A stretch of 64,000 nucleotides of DNA, taken from NCBI GenBank assembly GCA_030704615.1, contig CM060731.1, positions 78,492,001-78,556,000 of the forward strand, given 5' to 3'. Below the pieces are notes generated by a model. It ran no database searches. It worked only from the letters and a program-made list of their open reading frames with translations, and was not told where the DNA came from. Position 1 is the stretch's first letter. Each line of letters opens with the position of its first letter. Both the position numbers and the translations under genes were made by a program. This stretch comes from Takakia lepidozioides. Its lineage: Eukaryota; Plantae; Bryophyta. Of the stretch, positions 13,793 through 26,317 are shown one piece after another.

Positions 13793-14405
13793 TAAAAAAC
13801 TCAACACCCCCGCCTGTAAAATTTATTTAAGGTTTTTTAAACCCCCCTCTGTATGTATAATGTTGTACATGGGGGGGTTTAAAATACCCCCTCCCTGTGC
13901 ACGCACTTGGCTGGTACATTAATGAGGAGTGTAACCCCCCGGCGTTTTAGCTTCCCTTCCTCGTAGTTTTCCACCTTCTCTGTAGGCCGAGCCTTTCCGT
14001 AGGTGAGCAAGTGTCAGTAGACACTGTGGAGTTGTAAGTGTGTGGGAGTTGTTGTTTTCTTCTTGTGTTTGGATCCCTTCCTACACCTCATGCTTGATGT
14101 GCCCATGCTAGTTTTGTGTGGTCGCTTTGATTTTATAGGTGGTTGACTCGGGCTTTAGATCGCCGATCCAACCCTAGAGCATGCTGTCGATGGTGAGGCT
14201 GGGTTGATGAGCAGTCAGACCATCTTTGTTTCTCATGTGGTGAGGTTAGAGGTGATGACAAGCCAACCATGGAGTGCCTGCGGTTGATGCAAGTGCAGAT
14301 GCAGGCTAGGTTAGGACCTAGTATTCCAAACCACTAAGCCGCATCAGGTTCTCTACCCAGTTACCTTGTGGAGAGGGGTTAGGGACATTTTCATGACCGG
14401 TTTGA

Positions 14406-17400
14406 GTGTCAGTTTGTCAACACGGGGTGCCACTAGTTGATGGGAAAAGTGCTGGTACGAGCACTAGCGATACTAGCGGGGTTACGAGACGGGTGTGCGG
14501 TTTAGGCCCCTTCACCCTCCTGTGTCTTCTACGGAAGGTTCCAATTTGGATTGTGAATCAGGAGAACTCAGCCACCTCCAGCAGAGCAGGATGACATGCA
14601 TGGTACGGCGGAGTTGCCTGCCATGGTTGCTCACACTCCATGATGGATACGAGCAAGGATTTGCGCAGGCTGCTATGGACTGGTACAACAAGCCTGGGTA
14701 GAGGCCTTCGTACCGTCAGGAGAAAGGAGAGTGCAGTGATTGCACCAGGAACCACCTTAGTTGTTGCCATTGGACACCACACCTCTTGTGTGGCATTGCC
14801 CGGATGAAGACATATGTCTTCTGGACTTGTTTGGCGGGATCAGCACTGGATTGGCTTGGCAGTATTGCAGGCAGGTGTACGAGTTCGACGTTACCTGTAT
14901 GTGGAGAGGGATGAGACTGCATGTGCTTGTCTCACTGCGCCATGTGCTCATTTAGTACCAGCAGTACGGCCCGATTTGTTGGCAGTGTCTGCAGTTCGTG
15001 GATACCAACAAGCTTTGGCCAGCAAAGTTCCACGACCGGACTTGATGCACACTGGCCATCACCCTGGCCCGAGAATCACCCATCAGTGGCACATTCTCCA
15101 AGATGGTTCTGCTGGAGATACAGCTTGATGAAGCTACAAGTGGTGCAAAATCCGCACCATCTCCCAAAACAGACCCGTCCTCGAGTCTCGCAATCCATTG
15201 CCATGCCCAACAGTGTTGCTGGATGCAGCTGCAGTGGGTCATGGGCTCATCGTCCACGGCTATGGTGGACTAACTTGATGCCACCCGCACTGCTCAAGCG
15301 TGCATTTGATGGGGGTGCAGCGGTCAGCACCCTCACAGTGGATAGCATTTTGGACACACAGGGAAGCAGTCTCAACGTGTGAGACACGATGACCGTTCCG
15401 CCTTTGGCAGTGGTCAACAGGATGGGTCACACAAGCAGCATGTCCCTACACTGCTCAGCTTCCCAGGATCCCATGCTTTTCGGGATGGTGACCTGGCCTC
15501 TTGTGGGATAGCCAGTTGCAACATTAGTGGAGCCCAATGCTGACGAGCTCGAGCGGGCGATGGTTTTTAACACAGGTCCCACCACGGCGGTGCATCTCTT
15601 TCTGAGCATCACGTCGTCAAGGTGGGGGCAAGCAATGGATCTCATTGCTTGACCTAGATTATCAGCTTGGCTATGGCTGAGCAGCGCAGAGTACGGAGTA
15701 CACTTCCCTTCATGGTCTCCCTGCTACCGAGAACGGTACAGGTAGCGAGTTGGGGCGAGCAGGTGAGGACCACGAGGTGCAGGCCGCATCCATGGCATAC
15801 GTGGGATGTGCTCGAGGTTCAGAAGGAGTTGGCAGCCAATCGGCGGTGATGGATCAGGTTGGGGATTTTTTCTCGGATTGAGGAGGTCCTCAAGGATGGG
15901 ATGATGGGGCAGGATGAGATATTGTCACTGACAGAGAAGCAATGGTCACTGCTCAAGGGTTGCAGCATAGCAACCACGGGACGCGTCTTCTACCTCTAAG
16001 CCTGTTGGACTCAAGGTTGCAGTCACGAGGACAACGGGAGCCTGATGTTGGACCTATAGTCACCGGAGGAGAGAGAGACGACGTATACGGCGGTTCTTGA
16101 GGGCTTACAGGAACTGCTTTGCCTTCAGTTTGAAGGACTTAGGAGCACTGAAGGGTCAAGAGATTCGCATTGAATTGGCTACTGACACGCCAATCTTTCG
16201 GAGACCCTATAGATACAGTGACATGGAGAGGTCCTTGATTCAGATGAGAACTCAGGACCTTTGGAGGCTGGTTTGGTGGAGCTATCTGGGGGAGAGTATG
16301 CTTCAGCCACAAGTGATGCCAGCCAAGAACGATGTCTTTGGCAATTGGACGGAGAGACGTATGTGCGGTGATTACCGGCCTGTAAATCGTCAGGACCAAG
16401 TCCGATAGGTATGCCATGCCAACACCAGAGGAGATCTTTGATGCCATTGGGCATGCCAAGGTCTTTAGCATGTTGGATTTACAATCCAGATATCACCAAT
16501 TGCCGATCAAGGAGGCAGATAAGCAAAAGACGGCATTCTGTGGGATCAATGAGCACGGGAAGTATTGCCTATACCAGTGGCGGTTCTTACCATTTGGGCT
16601 TAAGAACGCTCCGATAGAGTTTTAGAGAGTCATGGACAGGATTCTAGCAGGGGTGGAGTTTGCTCGGTGCTACATAGATGACATCATCATCTTTAGTGCT
16701 ACGGTGGGAAGAGCATGAGAGACATCTTCAGGGGGTATTTGAGCGCTTGAGGGCACACGGATTCAAGATACATCCGGGAAAGTGCAAGTTTTTCCACAAC
16801 CAGATTGAGTATCTGGGTCACATGATATATCCTGGGGATTGGGGGGCAGCTAAGGTAGAGTCCATTGCACAGGTTCCACGCCCCACGGATATGAGCCGAG
16901 TTTTGAGCTTTCATGGGGTTAGCAAACTATTATAGACGGTTTGTTAAGGGTTTAGTGCCATTGCAAAGGCTCTAACCAAGCTGACCAGGTGGACCAGGAG
17001 TGGCAGTGGGAGATGAGCAAGAACAAGCTTTTCCAAGAGCTCAAGGCGAGGTTGACCTCGGCGCCCATCTTGAGACGACCTATCAGGGGGCGTCCTTTTC
17101 AATTGCATACAAATTGGAGCATGCTGGGGCTTGGAGCGGTGCTCACACAGGTGGATGATGAGGGAAGAGAGTTCGTAGTGGCTTATGCTAGCTGCTCGAA
17201 CAACGTTGCAGAGTCTAAGTATAGCTCATATGAGGGAGAATGCTTAGCTGCAGTGTGGGCCGTGGCACACTTCAGGTGCTATCTATATGGCAATCTCTTC
17301 ACCCTTGTCACGGATCACCAACCACTCAAGTGGTTGATGGAGTCGACAAGCTTACGGGAAGCTTGCACGGTGGGCACTCATACTTCAAGAGTATGACTTT

Positions 17401-18297
17401 CAGGTGGTGCATCGATGGCATGGTGAGACGGACGAGGAGATGATGCCCGGATGGCATGCATCTGCATTTCTGTGTATCTTGGCAGCGGAAGGCCAGGTTG
17501 GACCTGCAATAGGGATGACTATAGATCAAGTGTCTGAGGACCCTGAGGCCAGCAATGAGCAAGGTGGCGCCAAAGATATACATGAGGATTCAGTTGTGTT
17601 GGACTACCTCCGCACTGGAGACACTGCAGCCACTGTGACTGCCAAGGAGAGAGATCAGATCCTACAACGAGCCAAGAGGTTCAAGTGGGAGGGGACACAC
17701 CTGCTCCGAGTGTGGGAGGATGGTCGAGTGAGGATTGTGCCTCACCCAACACAGCGGGCACGGTTAGTGCGGCATGCCCATGAGGAGTTGGGGCATTTTG
17801 GGGTGCGACGCACTCATAGTCTACTGCAGGGGCAGTATTGGTGGCGTGGTATGCACACAGAGGTGCAACAATTTGTGGGGTGCATGGTGTGTGACAGGGT
17901 GCATGCTTCATTCAATGCCCCTACTCCACAATTGCACCCTCTTCCGATCATGGGATTGGGCTACAGGTGGAGTTTTGACTTCGCAGGGCCGTTGCCACTG
18001 ACCATGCGCCACAACAAGTACGTGTTGGTGATGGTGGAGCACTTCTCCAAGTGGATTGAATTGGTTCCATTGCCTGATAAGGCTAGTGAGGGAGCTGCTA
18101 TGCATTCTTGCATTATGTGCTTAGCCGATTCGTTGGTGCCCAGCTGAGGTACTCACGGACCAAGGGAGAGAGTTCTTGGGGGAGTTTCAGGCTTTGTGTG
18201 ACAAGGCCTTGATAGACCAACGCACCACTTCTCGGGATCATCCTGAGGCCGATGGCTTGGCAGAGAGAGTTGTTCAGACAGTAAAGAAGGGTTTGCA
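14406..18297 (+). pseudogene. Gypsy copy 1 polyprotein remnant: gag N-terminus, (gag/PR deleted), C5-MTase, RT, RNase H, integrase
   Basis: ICLLDLFGGISTG, HRPRLWWTN, RMCGDYRPVN, PFGLKNAP, YIDDII, LHTNWSMLGLGAVL, HEELGHFG..CMVC, DFAGP; many indels. Confidence 0.9.
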
Positions 18298-18299
18298 AC

Positions 18300-19029
18300 G
18301 CTACATCTATGTATCACAAAAAACAATCTATATATAAATATATATATACATATAAATATTTCCTTCAAGTTCCTTCAAGTTCATCATAAGGGGGTCTCTC
18401 TTGTGACGCCGGGGAGTTGTAACCTCCACAGCCTTTAGTGCCCAGCCCCAGCCCCAGCCCAGCATCGTCGCCGTTGTTGAACCCCCCACCGTCAGGCGCC
18501 CCAAGCGACGTCTTATGTGGACCTAAACTAACCACAACACCATTGCGACCCCCCTGTGGCGACGCCGTTCGGACCCCCCGACGTCGCAACGTTGGGCGTC
18601 CCAGCGCGGGGCGCCCCAACGACGCTTTTGTGAAGTTGAGGGCCGCAAAGCCCAAAAAAAAAAAAAAAAAAAAAACTCTCACTGTGGTGATGTCGTTGCG
18701 ACCCCTGGCGTCGCAGAGGCGCTGGGGCGCCTTTAGTGACGCTTTTTGCGACACTGAGGCGTCGTTATTTTTATTTTTTATTTTACTTTACTTTTATTAT
18801 TTTATTTTTATTCCGATGCGGGGCGTCGGAAGAAAAAAAATCCGTCGCATCAAGAGCCATCTTCCTCTTCATGCCACCTTACGACGGCTGGGGGCTCGTA
18901 ATGGTGTCGCAGCGGGGGTTTGCGACGCGGGGCGTCGCAAAAAAACGTCGCGGGCTCGCGTCGCGGGCTCAGCCGGCGGGCGTGGGGGCGCGGCTGGCGT
19001 CGCAAACCCCCCCCCCATTTGCTATAGTG
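18300..19029. mobile_element. One end of a CACTA (En/Spm) element
   Basis: Terminus GCTATAGTG (reverse complement CACTATAGC) with many direct and inverted GCGACGCC subterminal repeats; opposite end not found. Confidence 0.65.
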
Positions 19030-20520
19030 CTGTGCTGAGGCTAGTGATGAACAAGTGGTTCCATATAACATGAGGATTCGGTTGTGTTGGACTACCCCCT
19101 CCGCACTGGAGACACGGCAGCTAGTGTGATTGCCAATGAGAGGGATCAGATCCTGCAACGAGCCAAGAGGTTCAAGTGGGAGGGGATACACCTGCTTCAA
19201 GTGTGGGAGGATGGTCGGGTGAGGATTGTGCCTCACCCAACACACAGCGTGCACGGTTAGTGCGGCATGCCCTGAGGAGTTGGGGCTTAATTTTTTGGAG
19301 TGCGACGCACTCATGTCTATGCAAGTCTACTGCAGGGGCAGTATTGGTGGCGTGGTATGCACACAGAGATACAACAGTTTGCGGCTAGGTGCATGGTGTG
19401 TGACAGGGTGCCGTGCTTCATTCAACGCCCCTACACCATAGTTGCATCCTTTATCCATCATGGGATTGGGCTACAGATGGAGTCTTGACTTCGCATGGCG
19501 TTTGCCAATGACGATGCTTCACCAAAGATACGTGTTGGTGATGGTAGAGCACTTCTCCAAGTGGATTGAGTTGGTTCCATTGCCTGACAAGACTAGTGAG
19601 GGGTTTGCGTGATGCATCCTGGATCGTGTGCTTAGCCGATTCGGTGCTCCAGCTGAGGTACTCACGGACCAAGGGAGAGAGTTCTTGGGGGATTTTCAGG
19701 CTTTGTGGTGATAAAGCCTGGATAGACCACCGTACCCCTTCTCGGATCATCCTTGATGCCAATGGCTTGGCAGAGACTCTCGAGTGTACGACGGTGAAGA
19801 AAGGTTTTTGCGCAGGTAATTGGCCTTGCAAAAGGGAAACCTAGGAGATTGGGATCTTCAGGTACCTTGTTACCATGGGCTACAGGTTTAGCAAGCAAGC
19901 ATCACTTGTCTCCTTATCACCATATTTCGTTCTCTTGTTGGCGAGCCGGATTTGCTGCATCTATTCGCATGATGATGCAGTAGTCCTCAACCTGATTATC
20001 CGGATAGGTGACACAAGCATGTGCCCCGAGGGCAGAGTTGGTTCAGAGAATCATGTCTATGGGCTTGAGAATCTTGCTATTGTCCCAACACCGAGACATA
20101 TTGAGGTATGCCACATACGTGGAGGGGGATATCGGCCAGGTGTTCGGCGTTTCCACCCTGGGACTATGTTGTATCTGCAACACAGCGCCTACGAACTTGG
20201 ATGTCACAGGCAGGACGGATTCTAAGGGTCAGGGAGGTGTTACCTTCAGGAGTGTTGATTCTGGAGGGTCAAGATGGCTGGTAGGAAGGACCATGTGCGT
20301 AATATGTGCCATCACCTTCCACATGTGGATAGGAGGATAGATCCCCAACCTTGTAGTGGTACCTGCAGGATTGCGTTGCATGCTATGTGGGCATGCTCGT
20401 GGTGCCGCCACTATGCTGGTGTGTGATCGATGCTCAAGAGGTTAGCACATGGGATGCTTGACACCACCTCTTGAGAGGGTTCCTGATGGAGATTGGTTAT
20501 GTCCACACTGCTTGGGATAG
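19030..20520 (+). pseudogene. Second, more decayed integrase + PHD segment of Gypsy copy 1
   Basis: Homologous to 17540-18297 and 32720-34185; ends LRCMLCGHARGAATMLVCDRCSRG*HMGCLTPPLERVPDGDWLCPHC. Confidence 0.85.
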
Positions 20521-20835
20521 TGATAGTGGATATGACTAGTGGCAGCTAATAAGACATGGGAGGCCAAGCTCATAGGGGCTTGTGGCTACCTGGACTTAGG
20601 GCACCTAAGCTCCAGCTAGGGGGGCGATTGTGATGGACTAGTGGCTGCACTAGTGGTGGCTAGTGGCAGCCTAGTGGTGGACTAGTGGCTGCACTAGTGG
20701 TGACTAGTGGCTGCCTAGTGGCAGCCTAGTGGTGCACTAGTGGTGGACTAGTGATAGACTAGTATTTGGTGTGCACATGTATTGTGTGGTTTTGGACAAC
20801 GATGTAGTTGTGTAGCGATATGTATGCGCACGACA

Positions 20836-21110
20836 CCCCAAACATTACCGACCGTAGAGATCCCATGCTCCTCCCATGGAGCCCACCTGGCAACACAAGA
20901 TTCCAGCCCCATCTACAGCCCACCACCAAACAGAGGTTGCCTGATAACCTCGTCCCTGGTAACAGGAGGGGAGCGTTGAAGATGAGTGCGGACCTTAATC
21001 CATGCCGCCCAAATGGCAGACCAGAGGCTGGAGCCGATAACAGATTTTTTGTTAGCAGATTTAATGACCTGTTGAGAGACGTCATCCACTCACATAACCA
21101 TGCTGTAAGT
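20836..21110 (-). mobile_element. Upstream continuation of the L1-like LINE split by Gypsy copy 1
   Basis: Minus strand reads ..RDEVIRQPLFG..WAPWEEHGISTVGNVWG up to the TSD, and LINE-like sequence resumes at 6542. Confidence 0.5.
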
Positions 21111-21129
21111 GATATTGTATATTCTCAGT

Positions 21130-21597
21130 TTTCATAGAATGACTCTGTGAGTCATTTCGTGACCCCTCAACAAGTGGTTTCGGAAGTCATTGAATTTTTC
21201 ACTCCATCCATTTCGTAGCACCGACACAGGACACGTGTCGATGTTGAGAGTGTCACCACGTGTCGACATAATCTCCAATATCATCCACGGACCACCGGCT
21301 TACACGTGTCCACTGGAAAACGGAAGTGGTTACTTTACCACTATGACACGTCAGTTTACCACTGTGACACGTCATAAGTGGTTGGTTTACCTCAGTGACA
21401 CGTCAGTGAACAGGTGGACCCAGACGTAAGTGGTTCAAACCACTGTCCTTAACCACTGGTGCCACGTAATGTCTTTTACCACTCACTTGTCCTAATCCAC
21501 TGGTTCTTCATCACTCTGGGGCCAGAGTGGTTTAGTGTCTTTTACCAGTCAAAATGAGTGGTTAACAGAGTGGTTATTCCGTGTTTTCCTTCTAGTG
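21130..21597. mobile_element. One end of a CACTA element
   Basis: Terminus TTCCTTCTAGTG (reverse complement CACTAGAAGGAA) with AGTGGTT/AACCACT and GACACGT subterminal repeats. Confidence 0.65.
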
Positions 21598-24500
21598 GGT
21601 GACGGTGGGGTATTCACGGAGGAGGGGAGCGGGGGCACACGACCGGGGGGGAGCGACGGAGGGTAGTGCGGAAGGACAGCGGGGGACGAGGGGAAGCGCG
21701 AGGAGGGCAGGAGGGGAGCATGGAGGTGGGGTCAACGGCATGAGTAAAGTCATATACTTAGGAGGAAGGGCACTCTAGAAGGGGGAGGAAGATAACCCCA
21801 ACCAAATGAAGGGAGCGGGCGGGAGGAATGTAACGGAGAAGGCCAGCAACGACGTCTCATAGCAAGCAATACATGGAGGGGAGCGAAGATGTTACGGAGG
21901 ACGACCACATAAGGGCAGCGGAGAATGCAACTGACGAGGGCAGAGCCCGGTTATAAGATTCGGGAACGTGGAGTAGAACACAATGACATGAACAGAGAAG
22001 GATGGAGGAAGGAGTCCATGAATTCAAACGAACGAACAACAAAGAGGGGAGCACGGTGAGAAAACCAAAAACTTTAGGATGTTGCGGCGTTTTTGCACAA
22101 TGCCTCATCATGACATTGCGTGACAACGCCAAGACGCCCGAAAGTGGTTGTACATCACACAATAACGAAAGTGAGTCCAGGAGGGCAGATATTGAACGAA
22201 GCGCAAAACGGAATAGAACCGGCGACGAGGGGAGCACGGTGGGAAGAGCGACAACTTCCAGATCTCTTGCCGGCTGCACAATGTCTCATAATGAAAGCTC
22301 TACGAGTCTTGCTGATGTGGCAGTAGGCTCGACCTCAGGTGGAGCTTATTGTCACATCCAAAAGACCCGTAGGGCTTTTCAAACATGGTGGGACATTGTG
22401 TGCGAACGACACAGGCTAGGAAGTGCTCGAACATCACACAATAAGGAAAGGCAATATTGAATGAAGCACAATCTCACAACATTCACGTAGTAGTAGCATA
22501 GTACTAGAACGCTTCGAATGCTGGCGAGCGATGCTGCATGAAATGGGACAGGACACATTCGTTGGTGGAGAACACCCATCCGGGAACACGGGGGATTGGA
22601 GCTATGGTGCAAGAAGGCCGCCGTTGCAAGGCAGGTGAACAAAACGTACATCTATCAAAATCAACTAACCCTGCACACATATATATGGTGCGAGGCCACC
22701 CGCTCCCCTCCGGCGTCGCTCGTCGCTCCCCTCCTGCGGCGCTCCCCGCGTATGTGTCGCGTGGGCGCTCCGCTCCCTTCCGGCGCTACCACCCGCTCCC
22801 CTCGATTGGGCCACCCGCTCCTCACCCACCCCGCTCCCCGCTACCCTCCCCTGGGGGTCCCCGCTCCCCTCTGGCGCCTCTACCCGCCCCACCCTCGCGG
22901 GTGCTCCCCGCTGCCCTCCGGCTTCACTCCCCAGCCCACTCGCGAGGTCAACCAGCTCACCGCTCCCCTCTTGTGGCTCCCCGCTGCTCTTCTGCTCTAG
23001 TCCCCGCTAACCTCCGGTGAACGGTAACGATAGAGCCACATGTCTGTACAAGGACCGATGATGGTGGAACCGGGCAGAAGGGGAAGGAAGAGCGGAGACA
23101 TCACGGGGAGCGGCGGAAGAGGGCACCGGAAGCCAGGGCAGATGGGGGGGAGTGGGCCCAAGTGAAGGGGTGAGGACAACGGAGGGGAGCGATGGAGGGG
23201 GAGCAGGCAGGAAGGGCATGCCAGCGGGGAGCAGGGGGCGAATGAGGGGAGCGGGGACTTCACGGGAAGCGCGCCGGAGGGGAGCGGAAGCAGGTTGGGG
23301 GGGGGGGGGGGGGGGGGGGGGGGGTGGGGGAGCGTCGCAAGACGGGAGCAGGAGACAAAGGGCGAGAGGGGGGGGAGCGGAGCAGGAGGGGAGCGTGGGA
23401 GCGATGGTAACAGGGGAGCGGGGTAGCGATGCGTCAGGGGAGCGGGGAGAAAGACGGGGGGCGGGGACCCCTTGCCGAGGGGAGCGTGCGAGCGGCGAAG
23501 GAGGGGAGCGGGGCAGCCATGCGACAGGGGAGCAGGGAAACGTCCGGCAGCGGGGACCCCAAGTGAGGGGAGCGTGGGAGAGCCGAAGAGGGAGCATGGG
23601 AGCGGAGAAGTAGGGGAGCGTGGAGCCACGTGGGAGGGGAGCGGGGCAGCGATGGGACAGGGGAGCGGCGAGACGTCCGGCAGCGGGGAGCCCTAGCGAG
23701 GGGATCATGGAGAGGCGAAGAGGGGAGCAGGGAGCGACGTGGGAGGGGAGTGGGGAGCCGTACCGAGGGGAGCGTCGGAGCGGCAAAGAAGGGGAGCCTG
23801 GGAATGGCGAAGGAGGGAACAGGGGAGCGGCGAATGAGGGGACAGAGGGTCGACGGAGGGGAGCGACCTCGAGGGTTCCACGCGAGGGAGCGGCGGGCGG
23901 ACGAGAGCAGTGAAGAGGGGAGCGGGGGAGCGCAGTTGGACGGGCGTGGGGTCGACGAAGTGGAGTGGGGGAGCGACATCGGAGAGGACTGGGGATGGGG
24001 GAACAAGGTGCGGCGCGGGAGGAGGGGAGCACGGTGAAAAGAGTGACTACTTGAGGACCTCCTAGATTTCTTGCACAATGCCTCATCATGGCATTGCGTG
24101 AGAACTGCAAGAGGCCCGTAAGTGGTCGCATATCACACAATAACGAAAGGCAATCCACCAGGGACACGTTTGCATAGTAGTAGCATAATAGCAGAACCAT
24201 GGAATGCTTGGAATGAATCAGGATAAGGGGAACGAATCCCAAAATGACATGACAGGGAAGCATTGAGGAACGAATCCACGAACAGAAAGTCGGAGCGGAA
24301 ACGAGGGGAGCACAGTGAAAGAGCTCCAATTTATGGACGACTTGCCGTCTGTGCACAAATGTGTCATCATGAAATGAAAAGCACAACGACTCTTCCAAAC
24401 GTTACAGTAGGCTCGATATCATTTCGCATAGATGGAGAGCCTACTGCGACATCCAGAAGGAACGTAAGGCTTTTCGCACATGGGTGGACAAGTCCGCAAG

Positions 24501-25671
24501 TGATCGTAGATCACACAAACAACGAAAAGCGTTCCAACAGGGCATGCAAACTCATGGAATGCTGGCGAGCGCTGCTGCATGAAATGACACATTCCTCGTT
24601 GGAGAACAACCATCCGTGAACACCCGGGATTGGAGTGAGGGGAGCGGGGGAGCCGCTGTTGCAAGACAGCCGAACAAAGCAAACGTCTATGAAAACTGAG
24701 AAGAGCATACATGCATATATATAGAGCAGTGAACGGTGACGATACAGCCACGTGTCTCTGAAATCATCGCGGCGCAGCAGGGGTGCGGGAGGCGGAGGGG
24801 ACCGGGACACGGGGAGCGCGCCGAAGGGGTGCGAGGAGAGGCACCGGAGGGGAGCAGAGAGCGCCCAGTCGAGGGGAGAGGGGAGCGGCCCTTCAGAGGA
24901 GCGGGGGGGAGCGCCACACGTGGGGAGCGGGGACTCGCACCGAAGGGGACCGCCACGCGAGGGGAGCGGGGAGCGACACGCGAGGGATGCGGGAGCGCCA
25001 CCAGAGGCACGCGAGGGGGACGGTAGCGGCGCCGGAGGGGAGCAGAGCGCCACGCGAGGGTGGCGGAGAGCACCGTCGGAGGGTGCGGGAAGCAGATCCG
25101 GAGGGGAGCGGGAGCGACACACGAGGGGAGTGCCACCGGAGGGGAACGGGGAGCGGCACCGGAGGGGAGCGAGGACCTGCCACGCGAGGGGAGTGGGGTG
25201 CGGCGCCAGAAGCTGGGATCGCCATGCGAGGGGAGCGGGGAATGCCATGCGAGGGGCGTGGACCGCCAAGCGAGGGGAGCTGGACCCGCGCCGGAGGGGA
25301 GCGGGAGCGCCATGCGAGGGGAGCGTGGACCCTGCGCGAGGGGAGCGGGGACCCACCGCGAGGGAACAGGGGAGCGTGGCGCGCGGGTTCGAACCGGGGA
25401 GCCGTTTGGCTGGCGTGTGCGAGGCACGACCACGGAGCTACCCGAGAGATAGTGAGGGGCCTAGCCGTCGCGACGCTTATAAGCGGGCGGGGGTGGGCAG
25501 GCATGCGGGTGCGGGCGGGGGTGCCGGGGAGCGGCGCAGCGCGGGGCGGGGGGTTTGGACGGGGGGCGGGGATTTGACGCGGCGGGCCGCGGCTCCGGGG
25601 GCAGCATGGACGTCCGGGCCGTCAGAATCGCACGCGCGCATTAAACTCCTCGGGTAAGGGTAGTCTCTTCG
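21598..25671. repeat. GC-rich repeat element with GGGGAGC(G) arrays and a duplicated ~700-bp block
   Basis: Dense GGGGAGC/GCTCCCC motifs (22700-24030, 24770-25400); 22025-22690 is homologous to 24020-24725. Right end GTAGTCTCTTCG-TA resembles the TIR of the neighbouring MITE. Confidence 0.7.
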
Positions 25672-26301
25672 TATGAATAATTAAGGGAAATTTGATAAAG
25701 ACTTTATAACCAAGGGAGGTACATTCATTGTAAGTTTTATCATGTGGGAAAGTTATAACATGGACTTACCATTTATTGGCTCGTCTTTATTCTAAAGAAG
25801 AGACTACGCATCAGTGTCAAAAATCGCTAAGCCCCTGTTCGTTTACTTAGAGGTGAGCCAACAAACGGCTAGTGGCTCCTCCTTGTGAATAGCGAAATCT
25901 ATTTTCATCTATAATAAACTTGAAAAATCATCCATTTATTTTTCATCAGTTTGTCAAGTTAAATAAGCACAGTGTGAAAACAGCTAGCATAAAACTAGTT
26001 GTTTGTATTTAACACTTGGATTTAGGTCAAGTGTTAAATCAGGTGTCAAGTTTAGTTTGACACCTGGTCCGTCTTATCTTCACGAGAGCGGCAGTCGCGT
26101 GGCTCATCTCTCTCGAGTTGAGCCTGCGCGACCGAGCTCTTGCATCGTTTAGGACTGAGTGTGCTTATGATGGGAGTATAGGTTGTTGTGGGGTGGAGTC
26201 CCCATAGCTTGGGGTGCCCCTGGCTCGACTTCTATTCTAAAGAGTGATGGTTTTGGTTGTCATGTTTTGTGTCAACAGTGTGTTCTTAGCTTTTCTTATC
26301 A

Positions 26302-26317
26302 CTCGAGAGAGATGAGC
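26302..26317 (+). promoter_or_regulatory. Self-priming primer-binding site
   Basis: CTCGAGAGAGATGAGC lies directly after the LTR end TTATCA and is the exact complement of GCTCATCTCTCTCGAG at 26102-26117; it lacks the TGG start of a tRNA PBS. Confidence 0.8.

Larger units (their letters stand above)
8563..13943. mobile_element. TIR DNA transposon (Mutator-like by TSD length) inserted in the 5' UTR of Gypsy copy 1
   Basis: Imperfect TIR CCGGGGGGTGCACTC / GAGTGTAACCCCCCGG, 9-bp near-TSD GCTTTAGCT / GTTTTAGCT, subterminal ACCCCC-TGTA motifs at both ends. Confidence 0.6.
6543..20835 (+). mobile_element. Ty3/Gypsy MTase-PHD element, copy 1 (decayed; A...B architecture; nested insertions)
   Basis: Starts TGTCAAG, ends GCGCACGACA, near-TSD CCCT/CCCC. 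A segment 6543-6818, self-complementary PBS 6819-6834, gag start ~14406, MTase/RT/RH/INT remnants, PPT ~20618-20627, B segment 20629-20835. Confidence 0.85.

Noticed and set aside
22538-25657. Many long overlapping Pro/Arg/Gly-rich ORFs on both strands
   Set aside because: By-product of stop-poor GGGGAGC repeats; no domain motifs.
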